From a bacterium (GTDB lineage: Bacteria; Eisenbacteria; RBG-16-71-46; CAIMUX01), in contig JAUIHP010000007.1 in NCBI GenBank assembly GCA_030431975.1, positions 66,554 to 130,553 on the forward strand: DNA of 64,000 nucleotides. Reading direction: 5' to 3'. The notes below the pieces were generated by a model, which saw nothing but the letters and a program-made list of their open reading frames with translations, ran no database searches and was not told the DNA's origin. A program made the translations under genes and the position numbers. Shown here in pieces: positions 9,139 to 18,994 of the stretch (positions are counted from its first letter, which is position 1; every line of letters begins with the position of its first letter).

Positions 9139-9824
9139 GACTGGCCTCCCATCGCGGAAACGGCGGCCGGAGTGGCGCCGACCTCACCTCGTGGCGAACG
9201 GCGAGCCCGAAGGAAATTGAGAAACGCGAGGGCGCCGGTGTCGAGATCATCGATGAGTTCGCGCCGACGGCTGTTGAGCTTTGCGTGCGCGACCATGCAG
9301 GGGATGGCCACCATGAGGCCGGCTGCGGTCGTGTTCATCGCTTGCGAGATACCGCTGGCCAGAAGCGAAGCCTTCGTCGCGGCGTCGGCCACGGCCAGAG
9401 AAGCGAACGCGTCCTGCAGTCCGAAGATCGTTCCGAGGAGCCCGGCCAGGGTTGCGACGTTGGCGATGACCGCCAGGTAGTCGACACGCTGCTGCAGGCG
9501 CGGTACTTGTCGCAGCGCTTCCTCTTCGACGGCTCCGTGAACCTGTTCGACCGTGCGTCCCGAAAGGTGTCGATCCAGTGCGGTCCGAAGAAGCGATGCC
9601 GCCGGTGCGGTGGAGAGACGAAGTCCGTTCTTGTTTTCCGAAGGGCGTCCGCTCTCGAGCTGCGTCTCGACCTCTGAGATCAGCGACTCGGACTGGCCGC
9701 GACAGGTGACGAAGTAGAAATACGTGCGTTCGATGATGATGACGATTGCCGCGGCAAAGAGTGCGGCGAGGACGGCCATGAACGGGCCGCCGTCTCCGAA
9801 GAAGCGTTGAACGGTTTCAAACAT
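9135..9824 (-). CDS. exbB: MotA/TolQ/ExbB proton channel protein
   Basis: Motifs GGPFM...IIIER, ATLAGLLGTIFGL and GISQAMNTTAAGLMVAIP; GGAGG upstream of ATG 9824. Confidence 0.93.
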   Translation of the reverse strand: MFETVQRFFGDGGPFMAVLAALFAAAIVIIIERTYFYFVTCRGQSESLISEVETQLESGRPSENKNGLRLSTAPAASLLRTALDRHLSGRTVEQVHGAVEEEALRQVPRLQQRVDYLAVIANVATLAGLLGTIFGLQDAFASLAVADAATKASLLASGISQAMNTTAAGLMVAIPCMVAHAKLNSRRRELIDDLDTGALAFLNFLRARRSPRGEVGATPAAVSAMGGQS

Positions 9825-10359
9825 GATTTCCTCCGCATCGTGAGCGTCCAAGAACTGCGTTCAGAGCGGGAGGAGGGCAACGGCCGTGCCCACGTTACGA
9901 ATCAACCTTCCAGCTCCCGGCGGAGAGGCGGTGGAATTCACTGCGGCGGCTTGTCTTGGCGAGCTGCAAAAAACTCGGGCAGGCGCTCGATCGTGGCTCG
10001 GTCCCAAAGGAGATGGAGAGGGAGTGTGCCGCGGTGGCTCACCTGCCGTGCCGCTGGAGCGACAATGGCTCCTCGGCTACGACTGGTTTGTCTTCGCTGA
10101 GGCGGGGGTTGAAGAAGACGTGCTGCGGATCGCAGGGAGTCCTTCTAGCGAAGATCTTGTAAGGGTTGTGGTAGCAACAGTATAGGGCGTCGCTTCGTTT
10201 GGGGGAGCGGGCGGGCGACGGTCGTGTGCTCGTAGAAGCGGATCGCCCATCTGGTTGGAACAGCAGTTGCCTCGAAGGAAATGACGGTTACTCTTCCGTC
10301 CGACGAGGTGACGATCTGGTGTCTTCGTCACGGGAGATGGACGGATCTCAGCGCGAGGG

Positions 10360-11895
10360 GTGCTTCTGCCACGTCCCGAATCAAAAGTCGGTCGCTCTTT
10401 GCCAGGACCCTCTACGACCTGGGGGAGACGGAACTCGTTCCCTACTCGACGGTCGACCGCCGTGCCGGGGTTCCCGGATCGATCCCGTAAGCGTGTCGGT
10501 CATCTGCTCTTCGTGGCCGCACTTTCGTTGGTAGTGCTCATCGCCGGCCCCGGTCTGCCGTTGGGTCTGCCGGACGACGTTTCCTACGAGCTTCCTTCAT
10601 TCCTTCGCGTGATCTCTGACGCCCAAGCGCAGCCGTTGCTTTCCCCGATGACCGGGCGGCGCGACGTATTTCTCCTCGAAAAGATTCAGGTGCGGCCGGA
10701 CAACTGCGAGATGGAAAACCTGGTGGCAAAGGCACTCGGCCTTCGTCCAGGCGAGTACGTGGGGCTTTCGGTTCTCACCGAATCGAAGGCGCGGCTCGAG
10801 GCGTCGGGCGTCTTCAAAGACGTGCAGGTTCACACCGAGCGGGGTACCGAGCCGGGTTCGATCATCCTGGTCGTCGAGGCCACGGTCGGACCGCGCTTTC
10901 AAGTGGAGTCGGGGATCGGACACGAGGACCTGAGCGGTTGGTACCTCAACCTGATTGGATTCCGGTGGACAAGTCCTTTCCGCCAGGGCGGCACCCTTCG
11001 ACTGGGACTTCACGAAGGGCTCGAAACCTCGGGATTCATTCTGAACATGGAGCTGCCGAGCGTCATCGGCGATCAGTACTCCGCTCTGTTCGACCTCGCG
11101 TTGACCAATCGCACGTGGTTCTTCCACGACGACTTTCAGCAGTACTCCCAAGAGGTGCGAGGAGCCCGGGCCCGTTTCGGAATCGGTCGGAGTTTCGGCG
11201 CGTCCACAAACGGTGCGTTCTGGGTCGGCTACGTGGACGCCGAGCCGGACGAAGATGTGGATGGCGAAGACGAAGAGACCTACCCGGCCGAGAACTTCCT
11301 ACCGCGCCCGGAGACCGACCGCTATCTCGATCTGAGAACCGAATGGTTGTTTGAGCAAAAGGATCCACTTCGCGATTGGCAGCGCCGCCGTTGGGCCGGC
11401 TTGAGGTTGCGTCTGGCCGAGGGTTTCGACACCGCGTCGTTCTGGTCGGCGGAGGCGGACGCTCGGCTTTCCGTCCCGACACCCGGAGGAGGCGCCGGCG
11501 CATTTCGTTTGCGCGGCGCGTGGACCGGACCCGGCACCCCTTATCATCAGAGGTTTGCTCTCGGGGGAATCCGGAACCTGCGCGGGTACTCGCGGGCGCG
11601 GCTTTCTGGTCCCTTGGGAGCGCAGGCCTATTGGTTGGGATCGGCGGAGTATCGACATCCTTTGCTTGGCAAGGACGATCCCCGACCGCGGGTTCTCGGA
11701 ACGTTGTTCGTCGATGTCGGTGATCACTGGGATCCCGACCGCAATCGAGGTGGAGTGGCTGCGGGCGGGGGTTACGGACTCCAGATCCACATTCCGTGGG
11801 TCCAGGTGCTGACCGCAGAAGTCAGTTACCCGATCACGAACGATCGAACCTCTCAGCCGGTCGCCCTCTATGTTTCGCTGGGGCGGTCCTTCTGA
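10360..11895 (+). CDS. Omp85 (BamA/TamA-family) outer membrane protein, apparently with a single POTRA domain
   Basis: POTRA-like RLEASGVFKDVQV; barrel lid motif FALGGIRNLRGY; SAEYR; GGGYGL; C-terminal YVSLGRSF. Start position uncertain. Confidence 0.85.
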   Translation: MLLPRPESKVGRSLPGPSTTWGRRNSFPTRRSTAVPGFPDRSRKRVGHLLFVAALSLVVLIAGPGLPLGLPDDVSYELPSFLRVISDAQAQPLLSPMTGRRDVFLLEKIQVRPDNCEMENLVAKALGLRPGEYVGLSVLTESKARLEASGVFKDVQVHTERGTEPGSIILVVEATVGPRFQVESGIGHEDLSGWYLNLIGFRWTSPFRQGGTLRLGLHEGLETSGFILNMELPSVIGDQYSALFDLALTNRTWFFHDDFQQYSQEVRGARARFGIGRSFGASTNGAFWVGYVDAEPDEDVDGEDEETYPAENFLPRPETDRYLDLRTEWLFEQKDPLRDWQRRRWAGLRLRLAEGFDTASFWSAEADARLSVPTPGGGAGAFRLRGAWTGPGTPYHQRFALGGIRNLRGYSRARLSGPLGAQAYWLGSAEYRHPLLGKDDPRPRVLGTLFVDVGDHWDPDRNRGGVAAGGGYGLQIHIPWVQVLTAEVSYPITNDRTSQPVALYVSLGRSF

Positions 11896-12572
11896 TGTCG
11901 GAATCGCGACGACAGCACAGTTGGATCGTGATGATGGTCGAGAAGCCGGTCTTCGTACTCGGTTTCGTTTTCTTCGTCGTGGTTGCCACCTCGCTCGTCC
12001 ACGCAGAAGAAGATCGCGAACTGGAGCTCGACGTCTTCCGCCGCGAAGACGGTGTTTTCCTCGATCTGCTGGGTCGCAGTCTTCTCGACGAAAAGACCCG
12101 GCTCACCGTCGAAAGCGGACTGCCCGGAACCTGCCTCTTTTGGGTTCGCTTCGAGGAAGCGCCCAACGGCCTCATTCGTGAAGAGATCATCGAGCACACC
12201 CTGCGCTTCGATCTTTGGGAGGGCCTTTACGAAGTGAGTCGTCCCGGCGGATCGCGCTTCTTCGAAAGTCTTGCTGCCGCAGATTCGGCCTGGGCATCCC
12301 TTCGTTCCTACCCGCTGGCGTCGCCAACGGAAGTGCGGAACGGAGGACGCTACTCGGTGCAGGTCTCCGTCGACGTGCAACCTCTGGCTCCGGAAGACCG
12401 CGAACGGCTGGGTCGCTACGTAACGAGAAACAGCGGGTCGGAGAATGAGGAACTTGTCCTCAACCTGGGTGCGGTCGTCAATCGACTCTTCGGTCGTCCG
12501 GGCAATCCGCGTGAGTCGGTACTTCAGAGCTCGCAAGAGGTCGTCCTGGAAGAATTGGAGGTGAGGCCGTGA
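11895..12572 (+). CDS. DUF4390-like periplasmic protein
   Basis: Signal peptide; VESGLP...HTLRFDLWEGLYEV pattern; sits directly upstream of an NtrY-like kinase; TGATG overlap with the Omp85 gene. Confidence 0.7.
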   Translation: MSESRRQHSWIVMMVEKPVFVLGFVFFVVVATSLVHAEEDRELELDVFRREDGVFLDLLGRSLLDEKTRLTVESGLPGTCLFWVRFEEAPNGLIREEIIEHTLRFDLWEGLYEVSRPGGSRFFESLAAADSAWASLRSYPLASPTEVRNGGRYSVQVSVDVQPLAPEDRERLGRYVTRNSGSENEELVLNLGAVVNRLFGRPGNPRESVLQSSQEVVLEELEVRP

Positions 12573-14077
12573 CTCTGCGCAAGCGCCTCGCTCTACTCAT
12601 GGTCTTGTTGGTTCTGCTGCCCGCCATTCCGGCGATGTGGGTGACGCGGCAGCTCGTCGACCAAAGTCTGAACGTCGGTTTGAGTTCGGAAGTCGATCAG
12701 GCCCTGGAATCTGGTGTCGAGCGGGCTCGGGCCGAGTTCCAGTTGCAGCGGGAGATTTTCCGTGACGAGGTGGACGAGTGGTTGGAAGCACCGGAACGAC
12801 AGTCGCTTTCCGGCGCCGAGTTGGTCGCGACGGCTGGAACGCCTTCGTTTCCTGGAGTTGGCGCCAAGTGGACGGACTCGAATGGAGAGACAACGTGGAG
12901 CTCGGCGGACACGGAGTCTCTGATCGAGTCTCCAAGTGCGGAGCGCAGGCAGAAGAACCTCGATGAAGACTCGGTGTCCGGCGGGCAAGAGACGCCGAGC
13001 CACTTTTCCGCCCGACACTCTTTGAGCGATGGGTCGGTCTTCACCGCGTATCAGTTGGTTTCTCCCGAGTGGCGGGAGGATGCGGCCAATCTCGCGTCGA
13101 CTCTCCAGATGGTGCGAGGTCTTCAGGCCCGTCGGAGTGATCTCGAGCAGGGCTTCCTGCTTCCCTTCCTCGGCATCTACGGCGTTGCTCTGCTCCTGGC
13201 GCTGGCCGGAGCGGTTTGGTTGGGTCGTGGAATCACGGAGCCGACTTCCCGACTGTCCCGCGCGTTGCGCTCGGTGTCGCTCGGCAACTGGACCGAGCGT
13301 GTTCCTGTTCGCGGTCGCGATGAGTTCGCGCAACTCAGTCTTGGATTCAATCGCATGCTCGAAACCCTGGACGCGCAGTCACGGCAGCTGTTGGACCTCG
13401 AGAAGATGGCGAGTTGGCGTGAGATGGCCCGTGCGTTGGCGCATGAAGTGAAGAATCCGCTGACGCCGATCCAGCTCACGGTAGAGGAAATGAGCGGCCG
13501 CTACGACGGGGACGATCCGGAGTACAAGAAGCTGCTCTCCGACTGCTCGCGCATCGTGGTCAAGGAAGTGCAGAGTTTGCGGAACATCGTAACCAAGTTT
13601 CGCGAGTTCTCACGGCCGGTAGAGCCGAGCTTCGAAGAGTTCGATCTCAATGAGCTGATTGCAGAAGTCGGAAACCTGCAACGGGATCTTCAGGTCGAGC
13701 TGGACCTCGCTCCCGAAGTGGGACGAATCGAAGCGGATCCCGACCGGATTCGACAGGTCTTGATGAACCTTTGCCGTAACGCACAGGAAGCGACCCGCCA
13801 AACGGAGAGGCCGACGTTGCGTCTGGCTTCCCGTCGGAGCGACAACCGTATCCGGATTGTCGTCGAGGACAACGGTCCGGGGATTGCTCCCTCCGAAAGG
13901 GCTGCCGTCTTCGAGCCCTACCGGACAGGACGAGCGGAAGGACTGGGCCTCGGGCTGACGCTGGTCAAGGGCATCGTCATCGCGCACAACGGTTCCATCG
14001 AAGTCGACGAGGCCGAGGGTGGGGGAGCGGCATTCCGCATCGAACTGCCGACGCATCGGACGAGGAGTGAGTCATGA
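12569..14077 (+). CDS. HAMP sensor histidine kinase (NtrY-like)
   Basis: Two TM helices, HAMP domain, H-box WREMARALAHEVKNPLTPIQL, N/G boxes (NLCRNA, DNGPG, GLGLGL). Confidence 0.93.
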   Translation: MTLRKRLALLMVLLVLLPAIPAMWVTRQLVDQSLNVGLSSEVDQALESGVERARAEFQLQREIFRDEVDEWLEAPERQSLSGAELVATAGTPSFPGVGAKWTDSNGETTWSSADTESLIESPSAERRQKNLDEDSVSGGQETPSHFSARHSLSDGSVFTAYQLVSPEWREDAANLASTLQMVRGLQARRSDLEQGFLLPFLGIYGVALLLALAGAVWLGRGITEPTSRLSRALRSVSLGNWTERVPVRGRDEFAQLSLGFNRMLETLDAQSRQLLDLEKMASWREMARALAHEVKNPLTPIQLTVEEMSGRYDGDDPEYKKLLSDCSRIVVKEVQSLRNIVTKFREFSRPVEPSFEEFDLNELIAEVGNLQRDLQVELDLAPEVGRIEADPDRIRQVLMNLCRNAQEATRQTERPTLRLASRRSDNRIRIVVEDNGPGIAPSERAAVFEPYRTGRAEGLGLGLTLVKGIVIAHNGSIEVDEAEGGGAAFRIELPTHRTRSES

Positions 14078-15438
14078 GTGATCCCGGACACGTGTTGGTT
14101 GTCGACGACGAAGAGAGCATCCGCGAGAGCCTGGGGATGATTCTGGGTGGAGCCGGACATCGGGTCACCGCGGTTGGATCGGGAGAGGAAGGGCTGACGG
14201 CAGCCGCCGCCGATCGTCCCGACCTCGTATTCCTCGATCTGCAGTTGCCCGGAATCGATGGGCTCGAGACGCTGCGCAAGCTTCGCGAGAACGACAGCAC
14301 TCTGCGAATCGTCATGATCAGCGGTCATGCGACCATCGAAAGAGCGGTCGAAGCGACTCGGCTCGGCGCGTTCGACTTTCTCGAGAAGCCTTTTGGTCGC
14401 GACAAGGTGCTGGTCCTCGCGCGCAACGCGATGGAAGCCGCTGGGCTGGAGAAGGAAGTCGCACGCCTTCAGGCGGGAGAGGCCGGGGAGATTCTCGGCA
14501 AGAGCTCTACTCTCGACCAACTGCGTTCCGAGATCGAAAGCGTGGCTGGGACGGACGCGCGCGTGCTCATTCTCGGTGAGAGTGGAACGGGAAAGGAGCT
14601 GGTCGCCGCGGCGCTCCATTCCAACAGCACTCGCGCGAAAGGGCCGTTCATTCGGGTGAACTGCGCGGCCATTCCTGAGGACCTGATTGAAGCCGAACTC
14701 TTCGGGTCGGCCAAAGGAGCATTCACCGGCGCGGTCAAGGATCGTCGCGGACGGTTTGGTGCCGCCGACAAGGGGACGCTGTTCCTCGACGAGATCGGGG
14801 ACATGAGTTTGCAGGCGCAGGCCAAGGTCTTGCGCGTTCTTCAGGAAGGACAGTACGAACCCGTCGGTTCGACGGAAACCATCAGCGTCGACGTCCGCGT
14901 CATTGCCGCGACGCATCGCGATCTGGCCGAGTCCGTCGCCGCCGGAACGTTTCGTGAGGACCTTCTCTTCCGGCTCAACGTCATTCCCATCCAGGTGCCG
15001 GCGTTGCGTGAGCGGCGTGGAGACCCGCGCATCCTCGGGGAGCACTTCATCGACGCCTATGCCCGGAAGTACGAGAAGGCGCCACCACACTTGACGGAAG
15101 AAGCGTGGGCCGCGTTGGAAGGCTATGCGTGGCCCGGGAACGTGCGCGAGCTCAAGAATCTGATGGAGCGCTGGGTCATTCTGAAGAGCGGAAAGGACCT
15201 CGGTCCCCGTGACCTCGGAATCGACTTGTCGCCGGGAACGGCCGGGGATGGCGGTGACCTGGCGCGTGCGTACTCGAAGATGACTTTGAAGGATGCGCGC
15301 GAAGCCATCGAGCGGGACCTGATTCGTGCCGCTCTCGAAGAGAACGAAGGGAACGTGACCAAGGCTGCGGATCAGCTCGGAATCGAACGGACGCATTTGC
15401 ACAAGCGGATCCGGGCCCTGGGAGTGAAGGAGTCATGA
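14074..15438 (+). CDS. Sigma54-dependent response regulator (NtrX/NtrC family)
   Basis: REC domain (VVDDE, FLD, EKPF), GESGTGKE, GAFTGA, LFLDEI, WPGNVREL, Fis HTH. Confidence 0.95.
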   Translation: MSDPGHVLVVDDEESIRESLGMILGGAGHRVTAVGSGEEGLTAAAADRPDLVFLDLQLPGIDGLETLRKLRENDSTLRIVMISGHATIERAVEATRLGAFDFLEKPFGRDKVLVLARNAMEAAGLEKEVARLQAGEAGEILGKSSTLDQLRSEIESVAGTDARVLILGESGTGKELVAAALHSNSTRAKGPFIRVNCAAIPEDLIEAELFGSAKGAFTGAVKDRRGRFGAADKGTLFLDEIGDMSLQAQAKVLRVLQEGQYEPVGSTETISVDVRVIAATHRDLAESVAAGTFREDLLFRLNVIPIQVPALRERRGDPRILGEHFIDAYARKYEKAPPHLTEEAWAALEGYAWPGNVRELKNLMERWVILKSGKDLGPRDLGIDLSPGTAGDGGDLARAYSKMTLKDAREAIERDLIRAALEENEGNVTKAADQLGIERTHLHKRIRALGVKES

Positions 15439-16130
15439 TGAAGATGAATCTCCGACTTCCACTGCTGGCGTGTTGTTTCTCCATGAACTTAGTTGTCCCG
15501 TCAGTCTCTCTCGCGGACGACGTCGACTTCGGACGAGACGCAGCGTTTTCCGCCGAGCCGAAGTCAGAAACGGCGCGGGAGTTTCACCGTCACCTCTACC
15601 TCGAGATCGGAACCAAGTACGTCGAGTTCGACATCGACTTCGACGACCGGATGACCGAGTTCTCCCCTGGATTCAGCTTCGAAGAGGAAGGCCGAGGTCT
15701 ACAGATTGCTCTCGGTTACGCTCCGGATCCGGACTTTTGTTTCCAGGTCGACTTCAGCGCCGGTGAGGTCGAGACGGTCCCGAGTGATGCGACCGGAGCG
15801 TTCGCCATGGCGGGATTGGGGGTTCAGGTGCCGCTGGTGAGGTGGAGCGTGACCGAACTCGCTCTCTTTGCCGGCTTCGGAGGCAACGTTCTCTTCTTCG
15901 ACCACGACACGTTCCAAAGTCGGGTGTACCTGGGTGGATACGGCGAGACCGGCCTGTCGCTTCGGCTGCATCTTTCCAGAAGGGTCGCGTTGCAGGCCCG
16001 GGCGACGCACGCGGTGAACTCGATTGCTCGAGAGGTTCTCAGCACGGACGGACAGGATGACGACCTGCGTGTGGTTGGTGGGTCGGCGTGGTATCGGATC
16101 TTCGGGACAGGGCTCGTCTTCACGTTCTGA
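15435..16130 (+). CDS. Small outer-membrane beta-barrel protein
   Basis: Signal peptide, alternating amphipathic strands, C-terminal GLVFTF; ATGA-coupled to the regulator gene. Confidence 0.7.
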   Translation: MMKMNLRLPLLACCFSMNLVVPSVSLADDVDFGRDAAFSAEPKSETAREFHRHLYLEIGTKYVEFDIDFDDRMTEFSPGFSFEEEGRGLQIALGYAPDPDFCFQVDFSAGEVETVPSDATGAFAMAGLGVQVPLVRWSVTELALFAGFGGNVLFFDHDTFQSRVYLGGYGETGLSLRLHLSRRVALQARATHAVNSIAREVLSTDGQDDDLRVVGGSAWYRIFGTGLVFTF

Positions 16131-16191
16131 TCCGAGTTTCTATCATGCCCCGCCGCCCTTCGCGTTTCTGGCGCGGGTGGGCTCGGATCGC

Positions 16192-17286
16192 CTACCGCAC
16201 CCGCTTCCGCCGATTCTGCATGAAGTCGACCAGCAGGTAGCTCCCTAACCGATCCGCCGACGTGAAGTAGGCTCGCCCCTTGTTCCGCTCCGTCAGCTGC
16301 TCTACGAAACGTTGCAGGTATGGATCCTCTGCAACCATGAAAGTCGTGATCGGGATTCGGCGTCGACGGCACATCACCGCTTCATCCAACGTCCGGTTGA
16401 CGATCACGGGATCGAGTCCGCCGACGTTGCGGTAGAGCTTGCCGTCTCCGAGACGGATGACAGTGGGCTTTCCATCCGTGACGAGAAAGATCTGCTTGTT
16501 GGCCTGGTGCCGTCGCTCGAGGATGCGCCGCGCGAAGCGGAGGCCTTCCTGCGTGTTCGTATGAAATGGACCGGCACCGATGTAAGGAAGGTCTTTGACC
16601 TCGACTCGCATGGCTTCGTCTCCGAAAAGAACGACGTCGAGCGAATCCTTCTGGAAGCGCGTCAGGATCAGCTCGGAAAGTGCCATCGCGACCTGCTTGG
16701 CCGGTGTGATGCGGTCTTCTCCATAGAGAATCATCGAATGGGAGACGTCGATGAGGATGACCGTGGCGCAGGACGTGTGATGGTCGGTTTCGGCCACGGT
16801 CAGGTCCTGTTCCAGGAGGTTGAACTCATCCATGCCGGTACGGCGGAGTGAGTTCATGATCGACTCCGGAAAGTCGATGTTGCGGAGCTCGTCTCCGAAT
16901 TCATAGGGACGGCGTTCCGGATGCTGCTCCGTACCGCCTGTGCCCTCGTGCGGAGTGGGGTGGCCGCCGACCGAGCCCATACGCAGCCCGCCGAAGATCT
17001 GTTCCAGGCTGGCCGATCGAAGCGTCTTCTCCGACTTCTTCGTCAAGGCCAGACCTTTGGGCGTCCGTTGGATGAACTCTTCATTCTCGAGCCGTTCGAC
17101 GAACTCGTCCAGGTCCCAGTCGTCCGGGATGTAACCCTGCTGCTGCATCGAACGGAGAAAGTCGATGGCGCGCTCGACATCTCCGTTCGTGCGTAGAACC
17201 AGAGCCTGAAACAGGTCGAGGAGATTCTTGAACTCCTGCAGAGCAGCGAGCAGATTCTCGTCGAACTTCTCGAAACGGTAGCGCAC
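16192..17286 (-). CDS. vWA-domain protein (partner of a Mg-chelatase-like ATPase)
   Basis: MIDAS DVSHSM, TNTQEGL and VTDGKPT; GTG 17286 overlaps the TAG of the upstream gene. Confidence 0.9.
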   Translation of the reverse strand: MRYRFEKFDENLLAALQEFKNLLDLFQALVLRTNGDVERAIDFLRSMQQQGYIPDDWDLDEFVERLENEEFIQRTPKGLALTKKSEKTLRSASLEQIFGGLRMGSVGGHPTPHEGTGGTEQHPERRPYEFGDELRNIDFPESIMNSLRRTGMDEFNLLEQDLTVAETDHHTSCATVILIDVSHSMILYGEDRITPAKQVAMALSELILTRFQKDSLDVVLFGDEAMRVEVKDLPYIGAGPFHTNTQEGLRFARRILERRHQANKQIFLVTDGKPTVIRLGDGKLYRNVGGLDPVIVNRTLDEAVMCRRRRIPITTFMVAEDPYLQRFVEQLTERNKGRAYFTSADRLGSYLLVDFMQNRRKRVR

Positions 17287-18854
17287 TAGAAGTCTTCCCC
17301 TCCGAACATGTTGGCGAGCATGTCGGCGAAGCGGACCGTCCCGTCGTGGGACTGCTTGGCGATCAGGCTGACCTGGTGGAGACACTCGAGGACCCACTCC
17401 ATGGCCAGGGCCTGAAGGTGCGGGTACTGCTCCGATGGCAGATCGGTCAGGCCTGCGGTCAGTTCATCCTTGCGGGTATCGACCAGCGCAGGCAGACCGG
17501 GTACCTGCGAGAGCACCTTCCAGTACTGCTCATACGCCATGTCGTCAGACAGTTCGACCTTGCCGCCGCCGGAAAAGAAGGAAAGAACTTCGCGGTAGTC
17601 ACTGGGGATCTCCTTGCGGGTCTCCCTCGGTTCCTCGTCGTCCTCCAGTCCGAAGGATGCGCGACGGCTGCGCTCATTCTTGGGTGGGTACACCGGCGGA
17701 AAGACGCGCTGGAACACTTTGAGAAGCGCACGCCCGAGCAGCTTGTTCGCGACGATCTGCGGGCCTTCCTGTTCTCCCTCGTAGACCAACTCGACGCGAC
17801 CGGTGATGGCCGGAACGATAGAGGCCAAGTCGGCGAGGCGGGGGACAGGGGGTTCACCTGCATCGACCAGTCGCCGGCGTTCCACGGAACTGTGGAGCAG
17901 CTCCATGGCACGAATGGGAAGTCGCTGGGAGACGCCCGAAGTCTGATCGACGTAGTCACTCTCGCGAGCGATGAACGCGACCTCTTCCACGATCTCTTCG
18001 ACGAACCTCGGAATGACCAGGTCATCGTCACGCATCGTCCAGGCTTCCTGCCGCGTGATGTGAATGGCGTCTTCGACGTTTCGCGGATAGTGCGTCAGGA
18101 TCTGACTGTCGATGCGGTCTTTGAGCGGAGTGATGATGTTGCCGCGGTTCGTGTAGTCCTCCGGATTCGCCGTGAACGAGAGGAGGATGTCCAACGGAAT
18201 CCGAATGGGGAACCCGCGGATCTGAATGTCCTTTTCCTCGAGAATGTTGAGCAGTCCGACCTGAATACGGGGTTGAAGGTCGGGCAACTCGTTCATGACG
18301 AAGATTCCGCGATTGGATCGCGGGATGATTCCGAAGTGAAGGACTCCTTCGTCCGAAAGGTCGATCTTTTCACGGGCCGCCTTGATCGGATCGATGTCGC
18401 CGATGATGTCCGCGATGGTGACGTCCGGCGTGGCCAGCTTCTCGTGATAGCGGTCGTCGCGATGGACCCACTCGATGGGTGTGTCGTCTCCGGCCTCTTC
18501 GATGATGCGGAGAGCGGCCGGACTGACCGGGGTCAGCGGATCGTCCCGCAGCGAAGTTCCCGCCACCGCCGGCATCCATTTGTCGAGAAGCCCGACGAGC
18601 TGCCGGACGATCCGGGTCTTGGCCTGTCCGCGAAGCCCGAGCAGGATGAAGTTGTGCTGGGAGAGGATGGCGTTTTCCAGCTGGGGCAGGACGGATTCTT
18701 CGTAGCCGACGATGCCGTCCAGCCAGGGGCGTCCCTGTGAGAGTCTTTCGCGCAGATTCTCCCGCAGTTCTTCGCGAACGGTACGAGAGCGCCAGCCGCT
18801 CTCTTTGAGGGCGCCGAGAGTCTGAATTCCGAGAACGTCGTCGTGGTTTGTCAT
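17286..18854 (-). CDS. Mg-chelatase-like AAA+ ATPase (Rv0958-type)
   Basis: Motifs GLRGQAKT, EKLATPD, IGDIDPIK, NRGIFVMNELPDL and TANPEDYTNRGNIITPLKDR. Confidence 0.9.
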   Translation of the reverse strand: MTNHDDVLGIQTLGALKESGWRSRTVREELRENLRERLSQGRPWLDGIVGYEESVLPQLENAILSQHNFILLGLRGQAKTRIVRQLVGLLDKWMPAVAGTSLRDDPLTPVSPAALRIIEEAGDDTPIEWVHRDDRYHEKLATPDVTIADIIGDIDPIKAAREKIDLSDEGVLHFGIIPRSNRGIFVMNELPDLQPRIQVGLLNILEEKDIQIRGFPIRIPLDILLSFTANPEDYTNRGNIITPLKDRIDSQILTHYPRNVEDAIHITRQEAWTMRDDDLVIPRFVEEIVEEVAFIARESDYVDQTSGVSQRLPIRAMELLHSSVERRRLVDAGEPPVPRLADLASIVPAITGRVELVYEGEQEGPQIVANKLLGRALLKVFQRVFPPVYPPKNERSRRASFGLEDDEEPRETRKEIPSDYREVLSFFSGGGKVELSDDMAYEQYWKVLSQVPGLPALVDTRKDELTAGLTDLPSEQYPHLQALAMEWVLECLHQVSLIAKQSHDGTVRFADMLANMFGGEDF

Positions 18855-18994
18855 GAAAGTTTGGATGCCTCCGATCGGGATCCGTTGCGCCTGGATGCGA
18901 GAAAACGGCGGGCTGCCCACCCGCAACCCCACCTCGAACGGAAGTCTAACGGATCGGGCAGTCCTCGGGGTCGGATGTGCTGGGGTGCGGAGAA

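Noticed and set aside
8042..9824. Agl/Glt gliding motility locus
   Set aside because: The ExbDs resemble AglQ/AglS, but the operon continues into tonB and a TonB-dependent receptor and no glt genes are present.
9816..9900. RAPP-like arrest peptide (HGRCPPP) in a minus-strand frame before exbB
   Set aside because: No supported ORF with signal peptide or Cys motif leads into it; such strings are expected by chance in GC-rich DNA.
9860..10200. Cobalamin riboswitch upstream of the TonB operon
   Set aside because: Only a CCTGCC 3'-like piece is present; GGGAA, the B12 box, GCCACTG and the CCCGC.ACTGT core are not found in order on the minus strand.
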